Source of the DNA: Candidatus Omnitrophota bacterium
Lineage (GTDB): Bacteria > Omnitrophota > Gorgyraeia > Gygaellales > Profunditerraquicolaceae
Length of the DNA: 51,998 nucleotides
NCBI GenBank assembly: GCA_043798795.1
Contig: JAZDOJ010000033.1
Location: forward strand, 1-51,998
Direction of reading: 5' to 3'
In this document: piece after piece, positions 11,494-21,373 of the stretch
How the letters are laid out: each line of letters begins with the position of its first letter
Position numbering within the stretch: position 1 is the first letter of the stretch
Made by a program: the position numbers and the translations under genes
The notes under the pieces: generated by a model
Told to the model about the DNA's origin: nothing
Seen by the model: the letters and a program-made list of their open reading frames with translations, nothing else
The model's database searches: none

Positions 11494-11964
11494 ATGAGAA
11501 GAAGAAAAGCACAGGAAAAAGTCGTATTGCCTGATCCGAAATTCAACAGTGTAATCGTGGCCAAGTTTATCAATATGGTGATGCTGGAAGGCAAGAAGGC
11601 CATCGCCGAAAGGATGGTTTACGGCGCCCTCGAATTAGTCAAGAAACAGCTTAACGAAGTTGACGTGCAGAAGGTCTTTCATAAAGCCCTGGAAAATGCA
11701 AGGCCTCGGCTTGAAGTGAAACCCCGGCGCGTGGGAGGGGCGACCTATCAGGTCCCCATTGAAGTGCGCCAGGAACGGGGAACGTCCATTGCCTTGCGCT
11801 GGATCAGGGACTTTGCCAAAAATAAAAAGGGCCGTTCCATGAAGGAAAAACTTGCAGAGGAGATCATCGCCGCCTATAAAGGGGAAGGATCGACTATTAA
11901 GAAAAGAGACGATACGCATAAAATGGCGGAGTCCAATAAGGCCTTCGCGCATTTTAGATGGTAG
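11494..11964 (+). CDS. rpsG: 30S ribosomal protein S7
   Basis: [26 protein letters not shown]. Confidence 0.99.
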   Translation: MRRRKAQEKVVLPDPKFNSVIVAKFINMVMLEGKKAIAERMVYGALELVKKQLNEVDVQKVFHKALENARPRLEVKPRRVGGATYQVPIEVRQERGTSIALRWIRDFAKNKKGRSMKEKLAEEIIAAYKGEGSTIKKRDDTHKMAESNKAFAHFRW

Positions 11965-11965
11965 G

Positions 11966-14065
11966 ATGAACAGAAAAATACCACTAGACAAAATCAGGAA
12001 TATCGGAATCATCGCGCATATCGATGCCGGCAAGACCACCACCACCGAGCGCGTGCTTTTTTACACGGGCCGGACGTATAAGATCGGCGAAGTGGATGAG
12101 GGGACGGCCACGATGGACTGGATGGTCCAGGAGCAGGAGAGGGGGATTACCATCACCGCGGCCTGCACCACCTGCCAGTGGCACGATTTCAGCATAAATA
12201 TTATCGATACGCCAGGGCACGTGGATTTTACCATTGAGGTGGAAAGGTCCCTGAAGGTCTTAGACGGAGCGGTCGTCGTCTTTTGCGGAGTCGGAGGGGT
12301 GGAGCCGCAGTCAGAAACTGTCTGGCGTCAGGCAGACCGCTACGGGGTTCCCCGCATCGCCTTTGTGAATAAAATGGATAGAACCGGTGCCAATTTGTCG
12401 GATACCATTATCCAGATGCATAAGAAATTAGGAGCGAATGCCGCGGCGATCCAGTTGCCTTTTTTTCAGAATGATAAATTAGAAGGCATCATCGACCTCG
12501 TGGAGGAAAAATTGATTGTCTATAAAGACGAGGCGGGCGTGGAGAGGCAAGTTTTAAAAACTCCCGATGACTTAAAGACAGTTGTCCATCACGAGCGCGA
12601 CAGGCTCATGGAGAAAATCGCTGAAGTGGATGAGTTGATTATGGATGCTTTTGTGCATGCCAAGAAAATAGAGGTGGCGGATATCAAGGCTGCCATTCGG
12701 CGAACCGTGCTCCAGAATAAATTCGTGCCTGTTTTGTGCGGAGCGTCTCTTAAGAATAAAGGGATTCAGCTTTTGCTGGATGCGATCTGCGATTATTTGC
12801 CTTCACCGCATGACGTGCCTCCCATCAAGGGGACGAATCCTGATACTGGCGAATTTGAGGAGATCCAGGCCCAGGATAAGGCCCCGTTTTCTGCCCTTTG
12901 TTTTAAAGTAACGACAGATCCTTACGTGGGAAGGCTCAATTATGTCCGTGTTTATTCAGGCACCATAAAGAGCGGAGATTTTGTCTGGAATGCCTCCAAG
13001 AGAGTCAAAGAGCGCGTGAGCAAATTGCTGAGGATGCATGCCAACCGGCAGGAAGCGATCGAAAGTGTGCATACGGGAAATATCGCGGCTGTCGTGGGCC
13101 TCAAAGAAACCAAGACAGGGGATACGTTATGCACCCAAAACACTCCTATATTAATAGAGTCCATCCGATTTCCGGAGCCGGTCATCCAGCAGGCCATTGA
13201 ACCAAAATCCAAACAGGACCAGGAGCGCTTAGGCATGTCTTTACATAAATTAGCAGAGGAGGATCCTTCTTTTCGGGTCACCTATAATCATGAAACAGGA
13301 GAAACGATCATATCGGGCATGGGGCAGTTGCATCTGGAGGTAGCTATCGACAGGATTTTAAGGGAGTTTAATGTTGAGGCGCAGGTTGGTTCTCCTCAGG
13401 TGGCTTATCGGGAGACCATCACCAAGAAGGTGGTGGCTACGGGAAAATTTATCCAGCAAAGCGGCGGGCATGGTCAATACGGCCACGTCGTTTTAGAGAT
13501 GCAGCCTCAGGAAATGCCGGGATTAGGCATTACTTTCGAAGAGAAGATAAAAAGCGGAGCCATCCCCCGCGAATTCATTTCATCTGTAGAGGATGGAGTG
13601 CTGGGAGCTGCTAAGAGCGGCTGTCTCGTGGGGTATCCGGTGACGGACGTCAAGGTGGTCTTGACAGACGGTTCCTACCACGAGGTGGATTCATCCGAAA
13701 TGAGTTTTCAGATGGCTGCTGCGATAGCTTTCAACGAAGGATTAAAAAAAGCAGGCTCCATATTGCTTGAGCCGATTATGGATATTGAGGTGATCGTGCC
13801 GGAAGAGTACATGGGCACGGTGATTGGTGACTTGAATGCCAGGCGCGCCAAAATCGTTTCCCTCGCCCAGCGGGGCAATGTCCGCGTCATCCGCGCTTAC
13901 GTTGCGTTAGGCGAGATGTTTAATTATGCAACGGCTTCAAGATCCTTGACCCAAGGACGCGCATCCTATACAATGGAGCCCTCGTTTTACGCCGAGGTGC
14001 CTTCACATATAGCAGAAAAAATCATCGGAGGTTTTTCCACAGCAGGCACAAGGAAAACTTTTTGA
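11966..14065 (+). CDS. fusA: Elongation factor G (start corrected to ATG 11966)
   Basis: [34 protein letters not shown]; the track start at 11852 overlaps rpsG. Confidence 0.98.
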   Translation: MNRKIPLDKIRNIGIIAHIDAGKTTTTERVLFYTGRTYKIGEVDEGTATMDWMVQEQERGITITAACTTCQWHDFSINIIDTPGHVDFTIEVERSLKVLDGAVVVFCGVGGVEPQSETVWRQADRYGVPRIAFVNKMDRTGANLSDTIIQMHKKLGANAAAIQLPFFQNDKLEGIIDLVEEKLIVYKDEAGVERQVLKTPDDLKTVVHHERDRLMEKIAEVDELIMDAFVHAKKIEVADIKAAIRRTVLQNKFVPVLCGASLKNKGIQLLLDAICDYLPSPHDVPPIKGTNPDTGEFEEIQAQDKAPFSALCFKVTTDPYVGRLNYVRVYSGTIKSGDFVWNASKRVKERVSKLLRMHANRQEAIESVHTGNIAAVVGLKETKTGDTLCTQNTPILIESIRFPEPVIQQAIEPKSKQDQERLGMSLHKLAEEDPSFRVTYNHETGETIISGMGQLHLEVAIDRILREFNVEAQVGSPQVAYRETITKKVVATGKFIQQSGGHGQYGHVVLEMQPQEMPGLGITFEEKIKSGAIPREFISSVEDGVLGAAKSGCLVGYPVTDVKVVLTDGSYHEVDSSEMSFQMAAAIAFNEGLKKAGSILLEPIMDIEVIVPEEYMGTVIGDLNARRAKIVSLAQRGNVRVIRAYVALGEMFNYATASRSLTQGRASYTMEPSFYAEVPSHIAEKIIGGFSTAGTRKTF

Positions 14066-14095
14066 GTGAGGGTTTAAAGATGAAGGAGGTTTTAC

Positions 14096-15301
14096 ATGGC
14101 TAAAGAGAAATTTGTTAGGTCAAAACCGCATGTGAACATCGGCACGATTGGCCACATCGACCACGGTAAGACGCTTCTGACGACTTGCATCACCCACGTG
14201 CTCGCCAAATTAGGCAAGGCCCAGGCGCGGGAATACGCGGATATCGCCAAGGGCGGTACCGTCAGAGACGAGACCAAGGTCGTTACCATATCGGTCGCCC
14301 ATGTCGAATACGAATCCGACGCGCGCCACTATGCGCACATCGACTGTCCGGGACATGCGGACTATATCAAAAACATGATCACCGGTGCGGCCCAGATGGA
14401 TGGCGCGATCTTGGTGGTTTCTGCCGCAGACGGACCCATGCCTCAGACAAGAGAGCATATCCTCCTGGCTCGGCAAGTCAACGTTCCCTCGATGGTCGTC
14501 TTCTTGAACAAGATCGACGTGGTTTCAGACAAGGAATTGATTGACCTCGTTGAGATGGAAGTCAGGGACCTGTTAACAAAATACGGTTTTCCCGGAGACA
14601 AGACCCCCATCATCAAGGGGAGCGCTTTGAAAGCCATGCAGGCCGGTGGGGATCCCAATAATGAGGATTGTAAACCCATTCTGGAACTCATAAAGGCCTG
14701 TGACGAGTTTATCCCCCTTCCGGTCCGAGATATGGACAAGCCTTTCCTTATGGCCGTGGAAGATGTTTTCAGCATCGAAGGCCGGGGTACCGTCGGAACC
14801 GGCAGGATCGAGCGCGGAAAAGTAAAAATCGGCGAAGAGGTGGAGTTGGTGGGATTGAGGCCCGAGACCAAGAAGACCGTCGTGACCGGAATTGAAATGT
14901 TCCGCAAGCTTCTGGATGAAGGCCATGCCGGAGACAACGTCGGGTTGCTTTTGAGGGGCGTTGATAAGAATCAGATCGAGCGCGGTATGGTTATCGCCGC
15001 ACCCAAATCCATTACGCCTCATACCAAGTTTAAAACCCAGGTTTACATCCTGACCAAAGAAGAGGGCGGAAGGCACACGCCTTTCTTCAAGGGTTATCGG
15101 CCGCAATTCTATTTCCGCACCACGGACGTTACGGGAAGCGTGACTTTGCCTGAGGGGGTGGAAATGGTGATGCCCGGAGATAACGTGAACCTGGAAGTTG
15201 AATTGATTATACCTATCGCGATGGAAAAGGAATCACGTTTTGCCATACGCGAAGGCGGGCATACCGTCGGGGCTGGTGTGGTTACGGAGGTTATAGCGTA
15301 G
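14096..15301 (+). CDS. tuf: Elongation factor Tu with non-canonical switch I
   Basis: [36 protein letters not shown]; SD AAGGAGG. Confidence 0.99.
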   Translation: MAKEKFVRSKPHVNIGTIGHIDHGKTLLTTCITHVLAKLGKAQAREYADIAKGGTVRDETKVVTISVAHVEYESDARHYAHIDCPGHADYIKNMITGAAQMDGAILVVSAADGPMPQTREHILLARQVNVPSMVVFLNKIDVVSDKELIDLVEMEVRDLLTKYGFPGDKTPIIKGSALKAMQAGGDPNNEDCKPILELIKACDEFIPLPVRDMDKPFLMAVEDVFSIEGRGTVGTGRIERGKVKIGEEVELVGLRPETKKTVVTGIEMFRKLLDEGHAGDNVGLLLRGVDKNQIERGMVIAAPKSITPHTKFKTQVYILTKEEGGRHTPFFKGYRPQFYFRTTDVTGSVTLPEGVEMVMPGDNVNLEVELIIPIAMEKESRFAIREGGHTVGAGVVTEVIA

Positions 15302-15313
15302 TAAGAGGAGTTA

Positions 15314-15422
15314 TATCCTTGACACGAAACCGACGATAGGTAAACGGAACCTTACGTGTCAAGGATAAATTCGCACATAAACTTACTCACACTGTCGTGT
15401 TCGTAAGCTTAGTGCTCATTTA
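15314..15422. repeat. Double-hairpin element A2 abutting the rpsJ ATG
   Basis: 13-bp stem TATCCTTGACACG (15314-15326)/CGTGTCAAGGATA (15355-15367); hairpin 2 spans 15366-15422. Confidence 0.92.
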
Positions 15423-15722
15423 ATGCAAAAAATTAGAATCAAATTAAAAGCCTACGACCATCGCCTTTTGGATCAGGCGGTCGAAGAAATCGTTGAGACG
15501 GCGCGGCGCACAGGGGCACGCATTTGCGGGCCGGTCCCTCTTCCTACAAAAAGGGAAGTTTACACGGTCTTGCGCTCTCCGGTGATTGATAAGAAGTCAC
15601 GGGAGCAGTTTGAGCTGTCCACGCACAAACGCCTCATCGATATCTTAGAGCCGACCTCCAAGACGATTGATTCTTTGAGAAAACTGAATCTACCCGCAGG
15701 GGTAGATGCTGAAATTAAGTGA
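15423..15722 (+). CDS. rpsJ: 30S ribosomal protein S10
   Basis: [37 protein letters not shown]. Confidence 0.99.
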   Translation: MQKIRIKLKAYDHRLLDQAVEEIVETARRTGARICGPVPLPTKREVYTVLRSPVIDKKSREQFELSTHKRLIDILEPTSKTIDSLRKLNLPAGVDAEIK

Positions 15723-15817
15723 GGCCATAACTTATGGAGCACGGCACGCGGCTTTATCGGATCAGCCGGTGTGCCGCTTCTGCGGCAAGTGCGACATAAG
15801 TTACTTGGCCGAACTTA
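15716..15817. repeat. Palindromic element B2 (nested tandem-GA hairpin) overlapping the rpsJ stop
   Basis: TAAGT-GA-GGCCA-TAACTTATG-GA-GCAC ... GTGC-GA-CATAAGTTA-CT-TGGCC-GA-ACTTA with GC-rich inner hairpins. Confidence 0.8.
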
Positions 15818-15924
15818 TCCTTGCCACGAAACCGACGACAGGCAAACGGAATCTTTCGTGGCAAGGATTAATTCGCACATAAACTTACTTACACTGTCGT
15901 GTTCGTAAGTTTAGTGCTCATTAA
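15817..15924. repeat. Double-hairpin element A3 ending 2 nt before the rplC ATG
   Basis: 15-bp perfect stem ATCCTTGCCACGAAA (15817-15831)/TTTCGTGGCAAGGAT (15854-15868); hairpin 2 spans 15868-15924. Confidence 0.92.
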
Positions 15925-15926
15925 CT

Positions 15927-16559
15927 ATGGCGAGTCTCATCGGTAAAAAATTAGGTATGACGCAAGTCTTTTCCGAAGACGGCAAGATGGTCTCGGTAAC
16001 AGCCATCGAGGCCGGGCCCTGCCCGGTTTTGGCCGTGAAGGAGAAAAATATCCAGATCGGTTTTGATGTTGCTAAGGAAAGCCGCGTGAAAAAGCCCCTG
16101 ATGGGTTATTTTAAAAAGCTTAAAGTGCCACCCCTTAAGATCATAAGAGAGATGTTAAAAGATGGCTCTCTGGAATACAAGGTCGGAGAAGAGTTGAAGG
16201 TGGGCCTGTTTAAGCCAGGAGATTTTGTGGATGTCCGTGGTGTCTCCATCGGTAAAGGGTTTCAGGGAGGCATGAAGCGTTGGAATTGGCACGGTGGGCC
16301 TCGAACGCATGGTTCCACGTCTCATCGTCGCATCGGCTCCCTGGGTTCAAGCACGACACCCGGCAGGGTATGGAAGGGTCATCATCTGCCTGGCCATATG
16401 GGAGCCCAGATGACCACAACTCAGAATTTGCGCGTCGTCAAGATAGACGCCGAGAATAATATCCTCCTGGTCAAGGGGAGTGTGCCAGGTCATAAAAATA
16501 GCTACGTCATCATCTCTAGTGCGAAAAAGAAAAAGGCTAAACAAGTTCAAAGTTCCTAG
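15927..16559 (+). CDS. rplC: 50S ribosomal protein L3
   Basis: GKKLGMTQVF, SIGKGFQGGMKRW, PGHMG. Confidence 0.98.
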   Translation: MASLIGKKLGMTQVFSEDGKMVSVTAIEAGPCPVLAVKEKNIQIGFDVAKESRVKKPLMGYFKKLKVPPLKIIREMLKDGSLEYKVGEELKVGLFKPGDFVDVRGVSIGKGFQGGMKRWNWHGGPRTHGSTSHRRIGSLGSSTTPGRVWKGHHLPGHMGAQMTTTQNLRVVKIDAENNILLVKGSVPGHKNSYVIISSAKKKKAKQVQSS

Positions 16560-16571
16560 TTTATAGTAAAA
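16543..16571 (+). repeat. Heptamer-based repeat C2 overlapping the rplC stop
   Basis: AAGTTCA-AAGTTCC-TAGTTTA-TAGTAAAA. Confidence 0.55.
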
Positions 16572-16578
16572 TCAAAAA

Positions 16579-17271
16579 ATGGAAGGGATAACGTTACCTA
16601 TATATAACACGCAAGGCCAGGAAGTCGATACCGTCAAGCTGGATGCCAAGGTTTTTAACGGCACCATCAATAAGGCGGTCATGCATCAGGCGGTTGTGGC
16701 CTATAGGGCGAATCAAAGAAGGGGCCTGGCCTCTACGAAGACGCGAGGAGAAGTCTCAGGAGGCGGCCGTAAACCCTGGAGGCAAAAGGGCACGGGTCGC
16801 GCCAGGGTTGGTTCTACGCGTTCACCGCTTTGGCGCCATGGAGGGGTTACCTTTGGCCCTCACCCGAGAGACTTTTCCTATCGCCTGCCGGATAAAATAA
16901 AAAAGGACGCTCTAAAATCATCGCTTAACGCCAAGGTAAAAGAAAACAACTTGATCGTCCTGGACAGTATAACGCTAAGGGAACCCAAGACGAAAGAGGC
17001 ATCCAGAATATTCTCTAATTTAAAGATAAAAACGAACCGTAAGAAAGACCGTCACCTTTTGCTCATGTTGATTGAAAAAATAGATAAGCCCTTAAGGCTG
17101 GCTATACGCAACATCGGTTTTCTTGACATTAACCTAGCCAGCGACACCCATGCCTACGAGGTGCTCAGTCACCGCAGGCTTATTGTCACAAAAGCAGCCC
17201 TGCGCGTTCTTTCGGAGCGGTTGCATGTCAATAAGGCGCTTGCGGAGGGCAAGGCTAAAGAGGCTTCTTAA
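16579..17271 (+). CDS. rplD: 50S ribosomal protein L4
   Basis: TKTRGEVSGGGRKPWRQKGTGRARVGS. Confidence 0.98.
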   Translation: MEGITLPIYNTQGQEVDTVKLDAKVFNGTINKAVMHQAVVAYRANQRRGLASTKTRGEVSGGGRKPWRQKGTGRARVGSTRSPLWRHGGVTFGPHPRDFSYRLPDKIKKDALKSSLNAKVKENNLIVLDSITLREPKTKEASRIFSNLKIKTNRKKDRHLLLMLIEKIDKPLRLAIRNIGFLDINLASDTHAYEVLSHRRLIVTKAALRVLSERLHVNKALAEGKAKEAS

Positions 17272-17283
17272 AGGATTAGTGCC

Positions 17284-17562
17284 ATGGTGGACCATACGGA
17301 TATCATCAAAGCGCTCATACGCACGGAAAAATCGACGCTCGCAGAACCTCACGGGAAGTATCTTTTTCGGGTAGGGCGCAACGCCAATAAAATTGAAATC
17401 AAACGGGCGGTGGAAAGCATCTATAAGGTGAAGGTTAAGTCTGTCAACACGTTTATCTCGCTAGGAAAACTGAAGAAGGTTCGGTATCAAATAGGTAAAA
17501 CGGCGGATTCAAAAAAAGCCATTGTGACGTTAAGAGAGGGACAGAAAATAGAGACAGCATAA
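17284..17562 (+). CDS. rplW: 50S ribosomal protein L23
   Basis: [22 protein letters not shown]. Confidence 0.97.
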   Translation: MVDHTDIIKALIRTEKSTLAEPHGKYLFRVGRNANKIEIKRAVESIYKVKVKSVNTFISLGKLKKVRYQIGKTADSKKAIVTLREGQKIETA

Positions 17563-18392
17563 TGGGGAACATAAAATTCAAACCCACAACTCCATCACGG
17601 CGGCACATGAGCGGGCCTGATTTTTCGGAGCTCACGAAGGCGCGGCCCGAAAAATCTTTGATGGCCCCTCTTAAGAAAAGTGGAGGCAGGAACGTTTACG
17701 GCCGCATTACGGTCCGTCATCGCGGCGGCGGCCACAAAAGGATGCTGAGGTTCATTGATTTCAAAAGGGACCTGTTGGACGTGCCCGGAAAAGTCTTAGG
17801 GATAGAATATGACCCTAACCGTTCGGCGAGAATCGCTTTGATCGAATATCCTGACAGGGGGAAAAGATATATCCTGGCTCCTTTGGGGTTAACGGTAGGG
17901 GATGCGATTGTCGCAAGCAATCAGAAAGAAACAGAACTCAAAATCGGCAATTGCCTTCCTTTGAGGCATATTCCATCCGGAACCCTGATCCACAACATTG
18001 AGATCAATAAAGGCCGAGGCGGTCAGGTCGTCAGGTCTGCGGGCGCCAGTGCCCAGATCATGGCGAAAGAAGGGGATTTTGCGCACGTGAGAATGCCTTC
18101 AGGGGAAGTTAGGCTTGTGGATCTCGATTGCCATGGCACCATCGGCCAGCTAAGTAATGTTGAGCATGAAGCGATTATTTTAGGAAAAGCTGGAAAAAAG
18201 CGCTGGCTGGGCATTAGACCCACCGTCAGGGGCCTGGCCATGAATCCCGTGGACCATCCGCACGGCGGCGGTGAAGGCAAATCCGGCCAGGGAAACCCTC
18301 ATCCGGTGACCCCCTGGGGAAAACCCACAAAAGGTTATAAGACAAGAAAGATTCGTTTCTCGGATAAGTTTATCATAAAACGGAGGAAGTAG
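17562..18392 (+). CDS. rplB: 50S ribosomal protein L2
   Basis: [26 protein letters not shown]. Confidence 0.99.
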   Translation: MGNIKFKPTTPSRRHMSGPDFSELTKARPEKSLMAPLKKSGGRNVYGRITVRHRGGGHKRMLRFIDFKRDLLDVPGKVLGIEYDPNRSARIALIEYPDRGKRYILAPLGLTVGDAIVASNQKETELKIGNCLPLRHIPSGTLIHNIEINKGRGGQVVRSAGASAQIMAKEGDFAHVRMPSGEVRLVDLDCHGTIGQLSNVEHEAIILGKAGKKRWLGIRPTVRGLAMNPVDHPHGGGEGKSGQGNPHPVTPWGKPTKGYKTRKIRFSDKFIIKRRK

Positions 18393-18395
18393 TCC

Positions 18396-18683
18396 ATGCC
18401 GCGTTCTTTAAAGAAAGGGCCGTTCGTAGAGGAGAAATTGCTGAAGAAGGTTGAAAAGGTGAGGCGTAGCGGCAGCCGACAGGCCATCAAGACATGGTCG
18501 AGGCGTTCGACCGTCATTCCTGATTTCGTAGGTTTGACCTTTGCTGTTCATGACGGCAGAAAGCATGCCCCTGTCTTTATCACCGAGAACATGGTGGGGC
18601 ATAAGCTGGGAGAGTTTGCTCCTTCACGCATCTTCAGAAAACACGGAGGCGTCAAGGCCAAGAAAGCGGTGGAGAAGACCTAA
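18396..18683 (+). CDS. rpsS: 30S ribosomal protein S19
   Basis: [26 protein letters not shown]. Confidence 0.99.
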   Translation: MPRSLKKGPFVEEKLLKKVEKVRRSGSRQAIKTWSRRSTVIPDFVGLTFAVHDGRKHAPVFITENMVGHKLGEFAPSRIFRKHGGVKAKKAVEKT

Positions 18684-18686
18684 GAT

Positions 18687-19028
18687 ATGATAGCAAAAGC
18701 TGAGGGAAAATTCTTGAGGATTTCACCGAACAAGGTCAGGCAGGTTATAGACCTGATCCGCCATAAAGATGTTCTGGCGGCTGAAGGCATCCTGCTCCAT
18801 CTGAACAAGCGACCTAAAGAGTATTTGATAAAACTTTTAAGATCCGCTCGCGCCAATGCAAAAGTCAAAGGTTTTAACGCCGAAGGCCTCTATATATCCA
18901 AATTGATCTGTAATCCCGGGCCTGCCTGGAAAAGATTTAAAGCCGCTGCTTTTGGAAGGGCTGCCCCTATCAGGAAGAGGACGTGCCATATCAAAATAGA
19001 GCTGGATCTAAAATCAGGAGAAAAGTAA
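18687..19028 (+). CDS. rplV: 50S ribosomal protein L22
   Basis: RISPNKVRQVIDLIR, SARANA, IRKRTCHI. Confidence 0.97.
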   Translation: MIAKAEGKFLRISPNKVRQVIDLIRHKDVLAAEGILLHLNKRPKEYLIKLLRSARANAKVKGFNAEGLYISKLICNPGPAWKRFKAAAFGRAAPIRKRTCHIKIELDLKSGEK

Positions 19029-19724
19029 ATGGGACAGAAGGTTCATCCGTTTTTATTCAGAGTCGGCTATATTAAATCCTGGCACAGCCGGTGGTTCGCC
19101 AAGCGGAGTGACTTTTCAAAGTTTATTTTTGAGGATTACAAGATCCGAAAATTCATTAAAAAGAGGTTTAAGCAGGCTGCGGTCTCTCGGATCATCATCG
19201 AAAGGTTAGCCGAGAAATTAAAGATCCGCATATTGACGGCGCGCCCCGGGATCGTCATCGGCCGCCACGGAGCCGACATAGAACGGCTGCGCGAAGACCT
19301 GAACAATATGATCAAGACAGAAATATCCATCGACATAGAAGAGATCAAAAACCCAGGGCTGGACGGCCAGTTGGTTGCGGAGAATATCGCCTTTCAATTG
19401 GAAAAAAGGGTGGCTTTTCGCCGTGCGGTTAAACGCGCCATGGAGCAGACGATGAACGCAGGCGCCAAAGGGATCAGGGTTAGTTGCGCTGGGAGGCTTA
19501 ATGGCGCTGAAATGTCGCGCACAGAGACTTATAAGATAGGCAAGGTGCCTCTACAGACCATACGCGCGGATATCGATTATGGATTTGCGGAAAGCTTGAC
19601 TACGTACGGCCTGATTGGCGTGAAAGTTTGGCTTTATAAAGGGGATGTCCTTATAAAAAAGATAGTGCGCGTAGGGAATGCGCCTAAAACAGAATCTCTG
19701 GCAAAGGACGCATCCAAAGATTAG
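19029..19724 (+). CDS. rpsC: 30S ribosomal protein S3
   Basis: MGQKVHP, ARPGIVIGR, GRLNGAEMSR, ADIDYG. Confidence 0.99.
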   Translation: MGQKVHPFLFRVGYIKSWHSRWFAKRSDFSKFIFEDYKIRKFIKKRFKQAAVSRIIIERLAEKLKIRILTARPGIVIGRHGADIERLREDLNNMIKTEISIDIEEIKNPGLDGQLVAENIAFQLEKRVAFRRAVKRAMEQTMNAGAKGIRVSCAGRLNGAEMSRTETYKIGKVPLQTIRADIDYGFAESLTTYGLIGVKVWLYKGDVLIKKIVRVGNAPKTESLAKDASKD

Positions 19725-19749
19725 GATTTTTTAAAGGAGAATTGTTCGA

Positions 19750-20166
19750 ATGGTGATGATGCCCAAAAGAGTCAAATACAGGAAATTGCAGAAAGGCAGC
19801 CGGCGCGGCATAGCCACGACGGGAAGCGTTTTGGCTTTCGGGGAATTCGGGTTGAAGTCGTTGGAGAACGGATGGTTGAAGAATACACAGATAGAGGCCG
19901 TGCGCGTTATCCTGGCCAGGCAGTTGCATAAAGGGGGCAAGCTTTGGATCAGGGTTTTTCCGGATAAGTCCATAACCAAAAAACCCGCGGAAGTGCGTAT
20001 GGGCAAAGGCAAAGGAGAGCTAGACCATTGGGTGGCCGTGGTCAAAAGAGGCCGTATCCTGTTTGAATTAGGGGGTGTCCCCGAGGAGTATGCGCGCCAG
20101 TGCTTCAGGCTTGCTGCCTATAAATTGCCCATGAAGACGAAGTTCATCACCAGGGCCCATAAGTAA
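19750..20166 (+). CDS. rplP: 50S ribosomal protein L16
   Basis: [23 protein letters not shown]. Confidence 0.98.
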   Translation: MVMMPKRVKYRKLQKGSRRGIATTGSVLAFGEFGLKSLENGWLKNTQIEAVRVILARQLHKGGKLWIRVFPDKSITKKPAEVRMGKGKGELDHWVAVVKRGRILFELGGVPEEYARQCFRLAAYKLPMKTKFITRAHK

Positions 20167-20190
20167 ATAGGAAAGGAAGGTTCTAAGTCA

Positions 20191-20382
20191 TTGAAGGCAA
20201 AAGAGTTACGCAATATGTCCAAAGAGGAATTGACGCAGAAAGAGAAAGCGCTCAAAGAGCAGCTCTTTAAGCTCAATGCCCAGCGATACGCAGGCCGCGT
20301 GGAAAAACCGCATGAGTTTAAGCTGGCCAGGAAGGATATCGCGCGAATTCAAACGATCTTAAACGAAAAGAGAGAGAAATAA
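20191..20382 (+). CDS. rpmC: 50S ribosomal protein L29 (TTG start)
   Basis: [21 protein letters not shown]. Confidence 0.96.
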   Translation: MKAKELRNMSKEELTQKEKALKEQLFKLNAQRYAGRVEKPHEFKLARKDIARIQTILNEKREK

Positions 20383-20383
20383 A

Positions 20384-20668
20384 ATGGGCAAGAGGAAAGA
20401 ATTTACAGGGACCGTAATCAGCGATAAGATGCAGAAGACCATCATTGTGCGCATCGCCACATTGAGAAAGCATAAGAAATACGGCAAAAGGATCAGAAAA
20501 TTCAACAAATATAAAGTGCACGATGAATTGGGTGCAGCCCATATGGGCGATAGGGTGCGCATTGTCGAGACCAGGCCCCTCTCTAAGGATAAGCGTTTCA
20601 GGCTCGTCCAGATTGTAAAGAAAGCGCAGACCACGCATCTGGCTGAAGAAGAGAAGAAGGAAGAATGA
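20384..20668 (+). CDS. rpsQ: 30S ribosomal protein S17
   Basis: [23 protein letters not shown]. Confidence 0.98.
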   Translation: MGKRKEFTGTVISDKMQKTIIVRIATLRKHKKYGKRIRKFNKYKVHDELGAAHMGDRVRIVETRPLSKDKRFRLVQIVKKAQTTHLAEEEKKEE

Positions 20669-21033
20669 TTCAGTTACGAAGCATCTTAGATGTTGCGGAT
20701 AATACCGGTGCTAAACGTGCCTCGATGATCGGCGTCTTGGGCCGTAAGGGTAAGTTCATTGCGGAAGTTGGCGACATCATCAACGTGAACGTTAAAGAAA
20801 CATCACCGGATGCCCTGGTCAAAAAGGGGGAAGTCGGCCGGGCTGTGGTGGTAAGGACCAAGTCGCCTATCAGAAGGCCTGACGGTTCTCTGCTGAGATT
20901 CGACCGCAACGCCATCGTATTTATAGATACTCAATCCAACCCCCGGGGCACCCGCGTGTTTGGCCCCGTGGCGAGAGAATTAAGGGAAAAGAATTTTACA
21001 AAGATTATCTCATTGGCACCGGAAGTTATCTAG
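20665..21033 (+). CDS. rplN: 50S ribosomal protein L14
   Basis: [27 protein letters not shown]. Confidence 0.99.
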   Translation: MIQLRSILDVADNTGAKRASMIGVLGRKGKFIAEVGDIINVNVKETSPDALVKKGEVGRAVVVRTKSPIRRPDGSLLRFDRNAIVFIDTQSNPRGTRVFGPVARELREKNFTKIISLAPEVI

Positions 21034-21053
21034 TTCATAGTTTGGAGTAAAAG
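21031..21053 (+). repeat. Heptamer-based repeat C3 overlapping the rplN stop
   Basis: TAGTTCA-TAGTTTG-GAGTAAAAG. Confidence 0.55.
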
Positions 21054-21054
21054 A

Positions 21055-21372
21055 ATGCAAAAGATAAAGAAAGGCGATACAGTACAGGTGACGAAGGGCA
21101 AAGACGCTGGAAAAAAAGGCAAGGTCCTTGAGATTCTAGATTCAGAAAAAGGCCTTCGCGCTATTGTTGAAGGGGTCAATCTGGTGAAAAAACATAAACG
21201 GCAGACCCGCCAAGACCAGCAAGGAGGAATTGTTTCCATTGAAGCGTCTCTTAACGTCTCTAACCTGATGGTTTTTTGTAAAAAATGCGATCGTGGCGTA
21301 CGGGTGGGTTTTACCGTCTTGAAAGACCAGACTAAGGCCAGGGTCTGTAAGAGTTGCAAAGAGACAATTTAA
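21055..21372 (+). CDS. rplX: 50S ribosomal protein L24
   Basis: [21 protein letters not shown]; CxxC..CxxC form. Confidence 0.97.
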   Translation: MQKIKKGDTVQVTKGKDAGKKGKVLEILDSEKGLRAIVEGVNLVKKHKRQTRQDQQGGIVSIEASLNVSNLMVFCKKCDRGVRVGFTVLKDQTKARVCKSCKETI

Positions 21373-21373
21373 C

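Noticed and set aside
11852-11965. Apparent 38-aa N-terminal extension of EF-G
   Set aside because: It overlaps rpsG. ATG 11966, just after the rpsG stop, gives a normal 699-aa protein. Similar over-extended starts were trimmed for lipB, the CLF-like KS and fabG.
441-15908. TGA followed by a hairpin at rpmG and rpsJ as SECIS/readthrough signals
   Set aside because: Both proteins are complete at the TGA, the extensions resemble nothing, and the rpsJ frame stops (TAA ~15906) before rplC.
11390-15924. Element A as a CRISPR array, IS or known riboswitch/ribozyme
   Set aside because: Copies are dispersed with no spacers, cas genes or transposase. The GGCAAAC in A3 (reminiscent of c-di-GMP-I) is not conserved in A1/A2, and there is no hammerhead CUGANGA core. 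An Rfam search is still needed.
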